Below are positions 30,980 to 42,428 of a stretch of DNA of 64,000 nucleotides, one piece after another; position 1 is the stretch's first letter, and every line of letters starts with the position of its first letter. The notes under the pieces were generated by a model. The model saw only the letters and a list, made by a program, of their open reading frames with translations. It ran no database searches and was not told the DNA's origin. The stretch comes from Ignavibacteria bacterium (GTDB taxonomy: Bacteria; Bacteroidota; Ignavibacteria; Tepidaquicellales; OLB5): positions 5,415 to 69,414 of the forward strand of contig JAUQWQ010000034.1 in NCBI GenBank assembly GCA_030835085.1, given 5' to 3'. The translations under genes and the position numbers were made by a program.

Positions 30980-32014
30980 TTAAATGTAAAACATCGAGTC
31001 ACCATAACTGTAAAAGCGGTATTTATCTTTCACTGCCTTTTTATAGGCTTTCATTACCATATCTTTATCAGAAAATGCGCAAACCATCATAACCATTGTT
31101 GACTGAGGGTTGTGGAAATTTGTAACGAATTTATCAACAACTTTCAATGTCTGAGGCGGGTAAATGAATTTATCTGTCCATCCTTTACCTGAACGGATGA
31201 ACCTGCCTGCAGTAGTATTGGCTTCAAGTACCCTTGCGACCGATGTGCCAACCGCTATTATCTTTTTCTTGCCTTCAATTGCACGGTTCACTTCTTCTGC
31301 GGTATAATCCGGTATCTCAAAGAATTCCGAATCCATCCTGTGTTTGGTCAAATCCTCAACTTCAACATATCTGAACTTACCAAGCCCTACATGCAGTGTT
31401 ATTGGAAGCAAGTTTATACCTTTTTTTTCAATTTTCCTGAGAAGTTCTTTTGAAAAATGCAGACCTGCTGATGGAGCTGCAACTGAACCAATGTTTTCAG
31501 CAAAAACTGACTGGTAGTTTTCCCGGTCAGAATCTGTCGGTTCGCGTTTAATATATTCTGGCAGCGGTGTTTTACCAAGCTTATCAATATACTTCTGAAA
31601 ATCGCCGCGGTAGTTGAATCGAACAATTCTGCCTCTTGAGGTAGTATTATCAATAACTTCGCAATATAGGTTTTTGGTTATGAATATGCGGTTCCCGATC
31701 CTGACTTTTCGTGCAGGGTCAACAAGAACATCCCAAATATTCTCTTCCTGGCTAAGCTGTCTTAAAAGAAAAACTTCTATCTTCGCATTTGTCTTCTCTT
31801 TTGTGCCGAATAACTTAGCTGCAAAAACTTTGGAATCATTCAGTACAAGGCAGTCGCCTTCATCCATGTAATCGATAATATCTTTGAACTTTTTATTTTC
31901 CAGTTCTTTGGTTTTCCTGTTTATCACCATCATCTTGGCTTCATCTCTGGGCAGTTTAGGGTGCTGGGCTACCAGGGTTTTAGGTATGGAAAATTTAAAA
32001 TCAGTTGATTTCAT
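30980..32014 (-). CDS. queA: S-adenosylmethionine:tRNA ribosyltransferase-isomerase
   Basis: LVLNDSKV, PLPEYIKR, GSVAAPSAGLHF, TLHVGLG, AVGTS, TNFH, YRFYSYGD. Confidence 0.96.
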   Translation of the reverse strand: MKSTDFKFSIPKTLVAQHPKLPRDEAKMMVINRKTKELENKKFKDIIDYMDEGDCLVLNDSKVFAAKLFGTKEKTNAKIEVFLLRQLSQEENIWDVLVDPARKVRIGNRIFITKNLYCEVIDNTTSRGRIVRFNYRGDFQKYIDKLGKTPLPEYIKREPTDSDRENYQSVFAENIGSVAAPSAGLHFSKELLRKIEKKGINLLPITLHVGLGKFRYVEVEDLTKHRMDSEFFEIPDYTAEEVNRAIEGKKKIIAVGTSVARVLEANTTAGRFIRSGKGWTDKFIYPPQTLKVVDKFVTNFHNPQSTMVMMVCAFSDKDMVMKAYKKAVKDKYRFYSYGDSMFYI

Positions 32015-32041
32015 TTATGCTTTCTATATATACGTAATTAA

Positions 32042-33340
<1,299 letters not shown>

Positions 33341-33347
33341 TTAAACA

Positions 33348-33355
33348 CAAATATA
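33348..33355 (-). promoter_or_regulatory. TAnnTTTG (-7 element-like) upstream of eno
   Basis: Minus strand TATATTTG, 19 nt upstream of the eno ATG. Confidence 0.45.
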
Positions 33356-33491
33356 ACATATAATTATAGGCATAACAATTCCGTTTTTATTGCCTATCGC
33401 TGGACAAGATACTGTTATATCAATATATTAGCAAAAATAAATAAAAAATCCGGTTTTTGGAACCGGATAATTTGCTGGTAATGCACATATT

Positions 33492-34655
33492 TTATTTGGT
33501 AATCTCTTCCCAAATTTTAAAGTGATTTTCCAGATCTTTTTTCCATACTTCCATACCGCCTGAAGTGTATTCAGGATCTACTCTTTTTGACTGCTTTTCG
33601 TAATATTGTGCAAGTTCCGTTTCACCAAGGAAATAGTATACTTCACCGTATGTATCCCATGAGTTCGGGTCAGAAGGATTTAGAAGTGCCTGCAGCCTTG
33701 CAAACGAAAGAGCTTTATGAAGTTCTTTTTTTCTTAGCAGGCTATAGACTGTTGAATTGATAATTGAAGATGGAATTTTCCTCTTAATAATATCCTGCAA
33801 AAAAGCATCCGGATTCTCATCCAATGATCTCAGTTCAATTGCCATAAATTCCTTCATAATATCTGAACCTTTTATGCCATTACTCACTACATTTTCCAGT
33901 CCGCTAATTGGCTGCATGTCATTTACTTCTTTCTTTTCTTTTGAAAGCCTGATAAGGAACTCCGGTTTAATACCCTTCATACTCAGGAATTTGTACAGGT
34001 CTTCTTCCCTTCCGGTCAGCATTTCTTTTCCGTCAACGGGGTCGCCTTCCCACTTATTATACATGCAAGCGCAGTGCATTAAGTTCTGTTCAGGAAGGTA
34101 GAAAAATAAATAATCTTCAGTCGGTACATTAGGGAAATCCTTTTTGGTAAAACGATATGCTATTATCTGATTCTTGTCATCTTTTATTTTAAGTGAGTCA
34201 GTAATGAAAATTAAATTCTCTTTATAATTCTTAATGCCCGAAGTATCTGTAAATTTTTTTATGACACTGTAATTTAACTCGGTTGTAACAACCTTTACTC
34301 CTGCCTTTAAAAATGGATTAATTGTTGATATACTGTGCGGATGCCAGTGGCTATGCAGAAAATACTTTAATGGCTTACCCGGAAACTGATCCTTCAGGGT
34401 TCTTAATATCTTTTCGCCGCCTGAACTGTGATCTTTCAGATCAGTTGCGTTACCGCCCTGGTCCTTAACAGGTGCTTCTATTAAAACTATAAAATCCTCA
34501 AATTCTACAATAGTGCTTTTGGAATTGGATGAATCATAATACATGAAGTATATTCCATTACCAGATTCGGTAATTTTGTTGAAATCCGCAGATTGCGAAT
34601 ACATTAAAACAGGAAAAAATAAAAGTGAAACAATTAGAAATTTGTTCATGCTCAA
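33492..34655 (-). CDS. Secreted hypothetical protein with MBL-fold-like His motif and C-terminal TPR
   Basis: Signal peptide, VEFEDFIVLIEAP, KPLKYFLHSHWHPHS; PSDPNSWDTYGEVYYFLG TPR. Confidence 0.6.
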   Translation of the reverse strand: MSMNKFLIVSLLFFPVLMYSQSADFNKITESGNGIYFMYYDSSNSKSTIVEFEDFIVLIEAPVKDQGGNATDLKDHSSGGEKILRTLKDQFPGKPLKYFLHSHWHPHSISTINPFLKAGVKVVTTELNYSVIKKFTDTSGIKNYKENLIFITDSLKIKDDKNQIIAYRFTKKDFPNVPTEDYLFFYLPEQNLMHCACMYNKWEGDPVDGKEMLTGREEDLYKFLSMKGIKPEFLIRLSKEKKEVNDMQPISGLENVVSNGIKGSDIMKEFMAIELRSLDENPDAFLQDIIKRKIPSSIINSTVYSLLRKKELHKALSFARLQALLNPSDPNSWDTYGEVYYFLGETELAQYYEKQSKRVDPEYTSGGMEVWKKDLENHFKIWEEITK

Positions 34656-34656
34656 T

Positions 34657-35091
34657 TTAAAAATGATCTAATATTCCTTCGGGGTAAAGTATCACTTTAC
34701 CTGATTTGCAGTCACCGATATTAAGCCAGTATGCTTTGCACCAAATATCACCTTCAGTCACATCAATATCTTCATTATCATACAACGACTTATCTTTAAA
34801 TTCCGCATCATAAACCATCACTATTTCATGCCCGGCTTTGCCTTCATATGTGAAAATATTTTCTACTGTTGTGATATACTTCAGATTTGTAATTTCCTGA
34901 TTCGTCTCCTCGAGTATTTCGCGTTTTAATGCATCACCGCTGCGTTCACCAAATTCTATCATCCCTCCAAGGGGCCGGTAAAATTCATTTTTTTTGATGC
35001 TGTCTGTTCCTTTGGCTGCCAGTATTCTACCATTATTACTAAATAGGCATATTACTAAAGGACGCGTAAATTCGTACCAGTTTCTTGTCAT
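34657..35091 (-). CDS. NUDIX hydrolase
   Basis: RPLGGMIEFGERSGDALKREILEET Nudix box. Confidence 0.9.
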   Translation of the reverse strand: MTRNWYEFTRPLVICLFSNNGRILAAKGTDSIKKNEFYRPLGGMIEFGERSGDALKREILEETNQEITNLKYITTVENIFTYEGKAGHEIVMVYDAEFKDKSLYDNEDIDVTEGDIWCKAYWLNIGDCKSGKVILYPEGILDHF

Positions 35092-35729
35092 TTTACAAAA
35101 CTCAAAGTTATACCGTCATCAATAGGTACCAACAGTGATTCCACCCTGTTATCACTTGCTACCAGCTTGTTAAAAGCAATTATTCCCAGTGCTCCCGGTC
35201 CGGGGTTGGGATCAATTACTTCACCCCTGCGCAAAGTATTATCAGTAATAATAAGTCCTCCTGCTCTTACCATATGAATCACCTTATTGAAATAATTCAC
35301 GCAGTTTTCCTTATCGGCATCAATGAAAACTATATCAAACTTTCTTCCTGCAAGTGAATCTAGTGAATCCAGCGCTTTGCCCAAAATCAGTTCAATTTTG
35401 TTATCTAAACCCGCTTTTTTGTAATTGCTTAATGCCTCATCGGCATGCGCTTTGGTAAGCTCAAGTGTTACCACCCTGCCATCAGGCGGCAGGGCTCTTG
35501 CCATCCATATTGTACTGTAACCGGTCAGGGTACCGATCTCCAGAACATTCTTTGCACCTATCATTTTGATGAACATACCCAGCAGTTTGCCTGTTTCAGG
35601 TGATACCTGTATGAGCGGAATCTTCTTTGCTTCGGTATCAATTACAATTTGTTTTAACAGATCATCTTCCTGAATAAAAGTATCTGTGATGTATTTATAC
35701 AGCTCTTCGGTTAATGGTACACCCTTCAT
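35088..35729 (-). CDS. SAM-dependent O-methyltransferase (caffeoyl-CoA OMT-like)
   Basis: VLEIGTLTGYS, FDIVFIDADK, GGLIITDN. Confidence 0.92.
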   Translation of the reverse strand: MKGVPLTEELYKYITDTFIQEDDLLKQIVIDTEAKKIPLIQVSPETGKLLGMFIKMIGAKNVLEIGTLTGYSTIWMARALPPDGRVVTLELTKAHADEALSNYKKAGLDNKIELILGKALDSLDSLAGRKFDIVFIDADKENCVNYFNKVIHMVRAGGLIITDNTLRRGEVIDPNPGPGALGIIAFNKLVASDNRVESLLVPIDDGITLSFVK

Positions 35730-35733
35730 ATAT

Positions 35734-35817
35734 GATTACGGATTTGAGATTTACGATTTCGGACTGGAAAATAAATCCGTTCTTATTTTGACATTTGAAC
35801 TTTGAAATTTGGCATTT
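35734..35817. repeat. Degenerate heptamer tandem repeats in the intergenic region
   Basis: gattacg/gatttga/gatttac/gatttcg at 35734-35761; tttgaca/tttgaac/tttgaaa/tttggca at 35787-35814. Confidence 0.55.
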
Positions 35818-35822
35818 TTATT

Positions 35823-36740
35823 TTAGAATCCGCCGGGACCAAATATCAGCGGCATGTTCTTGCCGTTCATTATGACCATTTTGGAATTCTGGCTTTTACC
35901 CAGCTCAAGTGTTGCTTCAATGCCTTTTAGCTGCAGCACCTGATCCGTGATACTCTGCGATACTATCCTGTTATAGTCAGCAATACCCTGCGCTTCAACT
36001 CTTTTACGCTCTGCTTCCTGCTTTTCTTTCTGCAATACATAAACCATCTGCTGTGCGCGCTGTTCTGATGCTATCTTCTCATCTATTGCTTCGCGGACTC
36101 TTTCGGGCAGTTCAACATTTCTTAATAATACACGCTCAAGTATAATTCCCCTGCCGTTAAATGCGTTTTCAAGATTTTTAGTCACATTGCTTACAAAATC
36201 TTCACGTTTTGTAGAATAAATATCTGTTGCGGCGTACCCTACTGATACATCCCTTAATGCTGTTCTTATGGCAGGTCTTACAATTTTTTCGGAATAATCA
36301 GTACCAATTGTCCTGTACACCTGCGGCGCATCTGATTCACTTAACCTGTACCATATCGTCAGGTCCAGCTTCAGTGTCAGCCCGTCACTTGATAAGGTTG
36401 AAATAGCGTCATCATTTTTCTGCTGACCTTCATCCTGAATGGAGCTCATAGTATATGCCTGAGTTTTCACATCCATGTATTCAACATTTACCAATGGATT
36501 GATAATATTCAAACCGCTTGGCAAAGTTCTTTCCTGAACGCTTCCGAACAATAATTGAACGCCTACTTCACCCGGTCCAACCTGTGAAATACAGGAAAGT
36601 AATGCCGCAATAAAAATACCGATAAATGCTGCGTTGCGAATAACCGTGAAAAGCTTTTGGGTTGCAGTATTCGGTACATTTTTCCTTAGCTGGTTTACAA
36701 CCAAAGCCACTATCAATAAAAATATAATTAAGGCTATCAT
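35823..36740 (-). CDS. SPFH/prohibitin (band 7) family protein
   Basis: Two N-terminal TM segments, SSDGLTLKLDL, IVRPAIR, LLRNVELP, C-terminal EAERKRVEAQGIAD coiled coil. Confidence 0.92.
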   Translation of the reverse strand: MIALIIFLLIVALVVNQLRKNVPNTATQKLFTVIRNAAFIGIFIAALLSCISQVGPGEVGVQLLFGSVQERTLPSGLNIINPLVNVEYMDVKTQAYTMSSIQDEGQQKNDDAISTLSSDGLTLKLDLTIWYRLSESDAPQVYRTIGTDYSEKIVRPAIRTALRDVSVGYAATDIYSTKREDFVSNVTKNLENAFNGRGIILERVLLRNVELPERVREAIDEKIASEQRAQQMVYVLQKEKQEAERKRVEAQGIADYNRIVSQSITDQVLQLKGIEATLELGKSQNSKMVIMNGKNMPLIFGPGGF

Positions 36741-36853
36741 GATGATTTCCTCCTCTGTTATTTTTAAAACTAAAATGGATTAATATTATACAATATTAAT
36801 CCATTTTGAGTTAAAAAACCCCTGCAAAAATAAATCTCGTTATAAAAATAGCG

Positions 36854-37648
36854 TTATATGTACGCTTTTTTAAGGACCTCTGTCATTTCATAATGAACAT
36901 TTTTTCCGTTTGATGCGAGTATCTGCTTGTTATAAATAGAATATTGTCCGCCTTCAAAATTTGTCACTTTTCCGCCTGCTTCAAGCAATATCAGGTAACC
37001 GGCTGCAACATCCCATGCATTCAGATTCACTTCCCAAAAGCCTTCAAACCTGCCTGCGGCAAGATAACATATATCAAGCGCAGCTGAACCAAGCCTGCGT
37101 ATTGGTAACCCAAGCTTAATAAAGTTCACAAAATGGTCTATACAATGATCATAATTATCCTTAGAGCCGTATGGGAAGCCAGTAACCAGCAGGCTGTCTT
37201 TAAGCAGATCGATTTCACTTACAGAGATTTTTTTATCATTTAAATAAGCCCCTTTGCCTTTTTCCGCGTGGAATTTCTCGCGGGTTTTGGGTGAATACAC
37301 TACACCAAGTATAACCTCACCTTTATATTCCACTGCAATAGAAACACAGAATATTGGTACGGAGTGAGCATAATTGACAGTACCGTCAATAGGGTCAACA
37401 ATCCAGACATAATCCGATTTTTTATGCTGGTCACCGCCTTCCTCGCCCAATACATTATGACCGGGGAAAGTGTTATGAATTATCTCTATAATTTTTGCTT
37501 CGCATTTTTTATCCACTTCCGTTACAAGATCGCTGTAATCCTTTTTCCTGCCTATCTCGAAGTCTTTTTCGAAGTATTCAAGCTGTATTTCAGCTGCCGC
37601 TTCAGCGGCTTTGAACATAATTTCCCTTAATGTGTCTGAATTTTCCAT
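36854..37648 (-). CDS. suhB: Inositol monophosphatase family
   Basis: DLVTEVD, GEEG, WIVDPIDGTVNY, RRLGSAALD, WDVAAG. Confidence 0.92.
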   Translation of the reverse strand: MENSDTLREIMFKAAEAAAEIQLEYFEKDFEIGRKKDYSDLVTEVDKKCEAKIIEIIHNTFPGHNVLGEEGGDQHKKSDYVWIVDPIDGTVNYAHSVPIFCVSIAVEYKGEVILGVVYSPKTREKFHAEKGKGAYLNDKKISVSEIDLLKDSLLVTGFPYGSKDNYDHCIDHFVNFIKLGLPIRRLGSAALDICYLAAGRFEGFWEVNLNAWDVAAGYLILLEAGGKVTNFEGGQYSIYNKQILASNGKNVHYEMTEVLKKAYI

Positions 37649-37708
37649 ATCTTTTATTATAACATTTCATTTTGCGGTTTGTTTCCGCTACAATTACCGT
37701 CTTAAACT

Positions 37709-37743
37709 AAAAAAGCATTCTGCCGTTACAGCAGAATGCTTTT
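37709..37743 (-). terminator. Intrinsic terminator after rpsA
   Basis: 13-bp stem aaaagcattctgc/gcagaatgctttt, T6 on the minus strand. Confidence 0.85.
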
Positions 37744-37782
37744 AGTTGTTAATTAACCATTTGAATTATTTTATCTTCAAAT

Positions 37783-39615
37783 TTATTGTGCAGCTTCTTC
37801 TTTAGGTGCAGCTTCCATAACGTCGTCTATCTTAAAATCAACTTCTTCCTTTATATCAACAGCAGTTTTTGTCCTGTCAACAACATCAGCCAAAGTGAAT
37901 TTTTTAAGTTTGAATTTGGTTACGTAAGCATCTATTTCAGCTTCATCTTTATCTTTTAAATATTCCAGAACTGAAAGTACTATTTTTTTTGATTCTTTAT
38001 CGAATTCAATAACTTCAGCGCTTAATTCATCGCCGGTTTTATAAAGCTCTGAAAAGTTCTTTACAGGTGTAACAGAAAGCTGTGAAGCGGGAATGAACCC
38101 GTCAACAACAGCAGGCAGCTCAACTATAATTCCTTTTTCAATTGATTTAAGTACCTTGCACTTGGCTTCTGTTCCTGGTTTGAATTCATCTGTCAGCTTT
38201 TCCCATGGATTATCGGTAAGCTGCTTATGACCTAAAGCGATCCTCTGGTTTTCAACATCAATACCAAGTATCATCACTTCAATTTCATCGCCTAATTTAA
38301 CAAAGTCTTCAATGTTAAATATTTTCTTTGTCCATGAAAGGTCCGAAATATGTATAAGTCCGTCAACACCTTCTTCAAGCTCAACAAATACGCCGAAGTT
38401 TGTAATGTTGCAAACTTTGCCTTTGTGTCTTGAATTAACCGGGAAGCGGTCAAGTAATGACTGCCACGGGTTAGGTGTAAGCTGTTTAATGCCAAGAGAG
38501 AGTTTCTTTTCGTTCTTATCAAGGCTGAGCACTACAGCTTCAATTACCTGTCCCATAGTAACAACCTGGGTCGGATTGGTGATATGCTGTGTCCATGACA
38601 TTTCTGAAATGTGAATCAAGCCTTCGATGCCTTTTTCAATTTCAATAAATGCGCCGTAATCTGTAATTGATACAACCTTACCTGAAACTTTATCGCCGAT
38701 CTTAAGCTTCTCTTCGATATTTTCCCATGGATGCGGCTGCAGCTGTTTTAAGCCAAGTGTAACACGTTTTTTATCTTTGTCGTACTCAAGTACTTTTACT
38801 TCAATTGTTTCATCTAGATTTACCACATCTGAGGGGTGATTTATCCTGCCCCATGAGAGATCTGTGATATGGATAAGACCATCAACACCGCCAAGATCAA
38901 CAAACACACCGAAATCTGTGATAGCTTTTACGGTTGCGCTCATTACCTGACCTGATTCAAGTGTTGCAAGGAGTTTTCCTCTCTGCTCTGACATTGATTC
39001 TTCTATCAGAACCTTGTGTGAAACGATGATATTTTCGTTGGGGTGATTTATTTTCAGAATCTTGAAATCAAGCATCTTGTTTACGTATACATCGTAGTCA
39101 CGGATAGGTTTGGTATCAATCTGTGAACCCGGAAGGAATGCATTGATCCCGCCGAGATCAACAACAAATCCGCCTTTAATTCTGCGGACGCATTTACCCT
39201 GTATAACTGTATCGTTCTCTTTTGCAGCGGTGATCTTTTCCCAGTTGCGGATAATATCAGCGCGTTTGCGCGAAAGTACAAGCTGTCCTTCACGGTCTTC
39301 GATCTTTTCTACAAAGATCTCAACTTCATCGCCAATTTTGATATTATCGGGGTCGGGGAATTCATCAATTGAAACCCTGCCGTCTGATTTAAAGCCAATA
39401 TCAATTAAAACATCATTACCTGAAATAGCAACAACTTTTCCTTTTGCTATTTCGTTTTCCTTTATTACGTTAAAGGTCTTTTCATAAAGCTCAATATATT
39501 TTTTGAACTCTTCTTCGCTGTAATCTTTTGCTACAAAATCCTTGGTTTTGATAACAGGCGGTTTTACTTCTTCAATCGTGCCATTTGCATTGGATGTATC
39601 GTTTGGTGAAGTCAT
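37783..39615 (-). CDS. rpsA: 30S ribosomal protein S1
   Basis: Repeated S1 domains (DIGFKSDG, AFLPGSQ, DGLIHITDLSW, EGLIHISEMSW, DGLIHISDLSW). Confidence 0.98.
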   Translation of the reverse strand: MTSPNDTSNANGTIEEVKPPVIKTKDFVAKDYSEEEFKKYIELYEKTFNVIKENEIAKGKVVAISGNDVLIDIGFKSDGRVSIDEFPDPDNIKIGDEVEIFVEKIEDREGQLVLSRKRADIIRNWEKITAAKENDTVIQGKCVRRIKGGFVVDLGGINAFLPGSQIDTKPIRDYDVYVNKMLDFKILKINHPNENIIVSHKVLIEESMSEQRGKLLATLESGQVMSATVKAITDFGVFVDLGGVDGLIHITDLSWGRINHPSDVVNLDETIEVKVLEYDKDKKRVTLGLKQLQPHPWENIEEKLKIGDKVSGKVVSITDYGAFIEIEKGIEGLIHISEMSWTQHITNPTQVVTMGQVIEAVVLSLDKNEKKLSLGIKQLTPNPWQSLLDRFPVNSRHKGKVCNITNFGVFVELEEGVDGLIHISDLSWTKKIFNIEDFVKLGDEIEVMILGIDVENQRIALGHKQLTDNPWEKLTDEFKPGTEAKCKVLKSIEKGIIVELPAVVDGFIPASQLSVTPVKNFSELYKTGDELSAEVIEFDKESKKIVLSVLEYLKDKDEAEIDAYVTKFKLKKFTLADVVDRTKTAVDIKEEVDFKIDDVMEAAPKEEAAQ

Positions 39616-39812
39616 CGTTTATTGGAATCTCCGTTAAAAATAAATTTAATTAATAAAATTCCCCAAACCGCGTTCTTTTAGCGGCTGGAGCGTTAATTCA
39701 AAATCCACTCCGGTTTTTCTTCAAAAATTTCGTGGAAAGACTACAAATATGCTGATTTTTCCGGAGAGTTTCAAGGCAGGGAAAGCACCACATAAGGGGA
39801 CTTAAGCTATTG

Positions 39813-42296
39813 TTAATTATATGCTTGAATTACTTTATTGATCCGTTCTTTAAATCTAACATCATTAGATGACTCCATAAGTTTGGTCAAAAGAGGCAAA
39901 GATGACGGGTCTTTAGCCTTCTCAAGCAGACTCAAAACCACCCCCTGAGTACTCCGGGGGGTTTCAAACAATTTACTATTTAAGAATTCGATAACTTTGG
40001 GGTCGTTTAAGTACCCATCCATGCCGCTTATGGCAATGTTACGGACCCTGGCAGTACTGCCGATCTCTCCATATTTCAGGAATACTTCTTTCGCGCGGGG
40101 ATCTTTGGATTTTGCCAGTGCAGTAAGAACGCTTCTGCGGATAATATCTACGTGGGAGTCCATTTCAATGTACGGAATAACCGCGTCATATATCTTATCA
40201 GCTTCCAGAATATCCGAAAGTGCAGTCACAGCATCCGCTGCAGAGTAGTAGCTTGTTTCATTCGCAATAAGATTGGTAAGGAAATACTGCAGCACAGCCG
40301 TGTTTTCTTTTTCTTCAGGGTGATTGTCTAACAGCGTTCCCAGCTGCAGCAAATATGTTCTTCTCACACGGGAATCACGCTCATCTATCATATTCTTCAT
40401 ATAAACTTCCGTGACGATCTTGTTCTTTGAAGTTGAAAGGATTTTAACCGCTTCACAACGCACTCCCCAAAAGCCGTCATTTCTCATTTTGTCTTTGATA
40501 GCATTAATGACGTCTTCATCATTTAAAAAATCTTTAAGTCCATTCAATGCTGTAAGCCTGTCAATAGCATCAGGTGAATTGTTTAACTGGTACAGCCAGT
40601 CAGACTTGGGTTTAGCAAAAAATAGTTTGCATAAAACTTTATTGCCCTTATTAAAATTAACATTCAGCGGTTTTGAATCAACTTTAATTTTATATGACTT
40701 CACATCTTGAGAAGTTTCCATCGTGATACTTTGCCTGCCGGTTTCTGTGATTATTTCAATTGGCACGGGAGTTTTGAACACAGAAGATGAATCCATTCTT
40801 TGTACCTGCAGAGCATTCAGAATAATGTCCTTGCTGCTTTCATCATAAGTATAGTCGACCTTATATTCCGGCTGACCCGCATTATATATCCACTCATTAA
40901 AGAACCAGTTCAAATTAGCAGGTATACTGTTATTTAGCTTTTCATCAAGCGCTGAATGGAGAGCATCGGAAAGATCTTTTGTAACTACAGGTTTGAACTC
41001 GTTTTTTGTAATAAAAATATTCATGGTCTTGCGGAACTTCTCATCACCAATTAGATATCGCAGCATATTCAGAACTACGGAACCTTTATCATAAGTATTT
41101 GTAGTCAGCCCTTCACGTATATATATTGGTTTACGGTTCGATGAGTCAACCTTTATTGCATCATTGCCATTGCGGTATATATTGTAATCAAATTCATCTT
41201 TTCCCAATAAATGCTCTGTGTACAGACACTGGTAGTATGTTGCGAAGCTTTCATTCAGCCATATTTCGTTCCAGTTCCTGCAGGTTAGAACATCACCCCA
41301 CCACTGGTGAGCAAGCTCATGCGCCACAAGGTTAGTTGCATTGTAATCAGGCTCGGTTTTTTCATCATACACAGAGCCTTCAAAGAGCACAACTGCGCCG
41401 GTATTTTCCATGCCGCCGTAAATGAAATCCTGCACAGCAACCTGCCGGAACTCATGCCAGGGATACCTGTAGGCAATATACTCTGAAAAGAATTTTACAA
41501 TATCGGCAGTCTGCTCATATGCATTTTCTCCCCATTGCTTTTTGCCGGGCGGGACATATGATATGATGGGGATGCTATCCCATGAAGTGCTGATAGTATC
41601 CCAATTGCCAATACCAAGCATTACAAGATATGATGAATGCGGTTTGTCGTTTACCCAATGCCATGTGGTAGTATTTGAAAATTCAGCTTTGTCTATCAAA
41701 ATACCATTTGAAATAGTTTGATATTTGCTATCAACATTGACAGAAATTTCAGTTGTTGCTTTATCGTTAGGGTAGTCATAACAAGGGAACCAATAGCGGT
41801 TATCTTCACCCTCGCCCTGTGACCATACTTCATATCGTTTACTTGGAAAAGTTGGGGTTGGTGAAATGAAGTATAAACCTTTTTCAGGATCACTAGTGCT
41901 AAAATGAATTCTTAATTCTAGAGTATCAGTCATTGTATAGCTGTTGTCTAAATATATCTTCAGTTTCATATTATTGTAATCATATTTAAGGGTTTTAAGC
42001 TTGAATGCTTTTTTAGTTTTGTCTACAAATTTTATCCATTTCGGATTAGAAATTTTCATCCCAACAGCATCAAGTTCAAACTGATTAAAGTTCTTTTCAG
42101 TTGGGACAAGTTTAATAAATACTTCTCCAACAACAAACTTTTTTTCAAGGTTTATAGTTAAATCAAGTTTAACATGCTGAACGTCATAATTGCTTTTGCG
42201 TTCAGTGGGCTCCTGACCGAACATTTGCGAATAAATATTATAATTTAACAAGGCTTGAGCTGACAGCAGAAAAATAAAAATGTAAATTCTTTTCAT
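39813..42296 (-). CDS. M1 family zinc aminopeptidase with C-terminal HEAT repeats
   Basis: GGMEN, HELAHQWWG-x-NESFA, YDKG; signal peptide; helical C-terminus. Confidence 0.93.
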   Translation of the reverse strand: MKRIYIFIFLLSAQALLNYNIYSQMFGQEPTERKSNYDVQHVKLDLTINLEKKFVVGEVFIKLVPTEKNFNQFELDAVGMKISNPKWIKFVDKTKKAFKLKTLKYDYNNMKLKIYLDNSYTMTDTLELRIHFSTSDPEKGLYFISPTPTFPSKRYEVWSQGEGEDNRYWFPCYDYPNDKATTEISVNVDSKYQTISNGILIDKAEFSNTTTWHWVNDKPHSSYLVMLGIGNWDTISTSWDSIPIISYVPPGKKQWGENAYEQTADIVKFFSEYIAYRYPWHEFRQVAVQDFIYGGMENTGAVVLFEGSVYDEKTEPDYNATNLVAHELAHQWWGDVLTCRNWNEIWLNESFATYYQCLYTEHLLGKDEFDYNIYRNGNDAIKVDSSNRKPIYIREGLTTNTYDKGSVVLNMLRYLIGDEKFRKTMNIFITKNEFKPVVTKDLSDALHSALDEKLNNSIPANLNWFFNEWIYNAGQPEYKVDYTYDESSKDIILNALQVQRMDSSSVFKTPVPIEIITETGRQSITMETSQDVKSYKIKVDSKPLNVNFNKGNKVLCKLFFAKPKSDWLYQLNNSPDAIDRLTALNGLKDFLNDEDVINAIKDKMRNDGFWGVRCEAVKILSTSKNKIVTEVYMKNMIDERDSRVRRTYLLQLGTLLDNHPEEKENTAVLQYFLTNLIANETSYYSAADAVTALSDILEADKIYDAVIPYIEMDSHVDIIRRSVLTALAKSKDPRAKEVFLKYGEIGSTARVRNIAISGMDGYLNDPKVIEFLNSKLFETPRSTQGVVLSLLEKAKDPSSLPLLTKLMESSNDVRFKERINKVIQAYN

Positions 42297-42353
42297 TTCC
42301 TCGGGCTTTTGAAATTGACAATTATAACAGAAATTAAATCCCCTGATTAAAAT

Positions 42354-42374
42354 AAAAAAGGGGAATATATCCCC
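42354..42374 (-). terminator. Intrinsic terminator after ispG
   Basis: Minus strand: gggga-tatat-tcccc followed by T6. Confidence 0.6.
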
Positions 42375-42382
42375 TCATCAAA

Positions 42383-42428
42383 AATTCGTAGTTCCTAATT
42401 CGTAATTCCTAATTCGTAATTCCTAATT
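42383..42428. repeat. Alternating heptamer tandem repeat (aattcgt/aattcct)x3
   Basis: aattcgt agttcct aattcgt aattcct aattcgt aattcct; overlaps the ispG stop codon. Confidence 0.9.

Noticed and set aside
39616-39812. Structured autoregulatory rpsA leader
   Set aside because: Plausible from general knowledge, but I could not identify a convincing stem pattern by eye.
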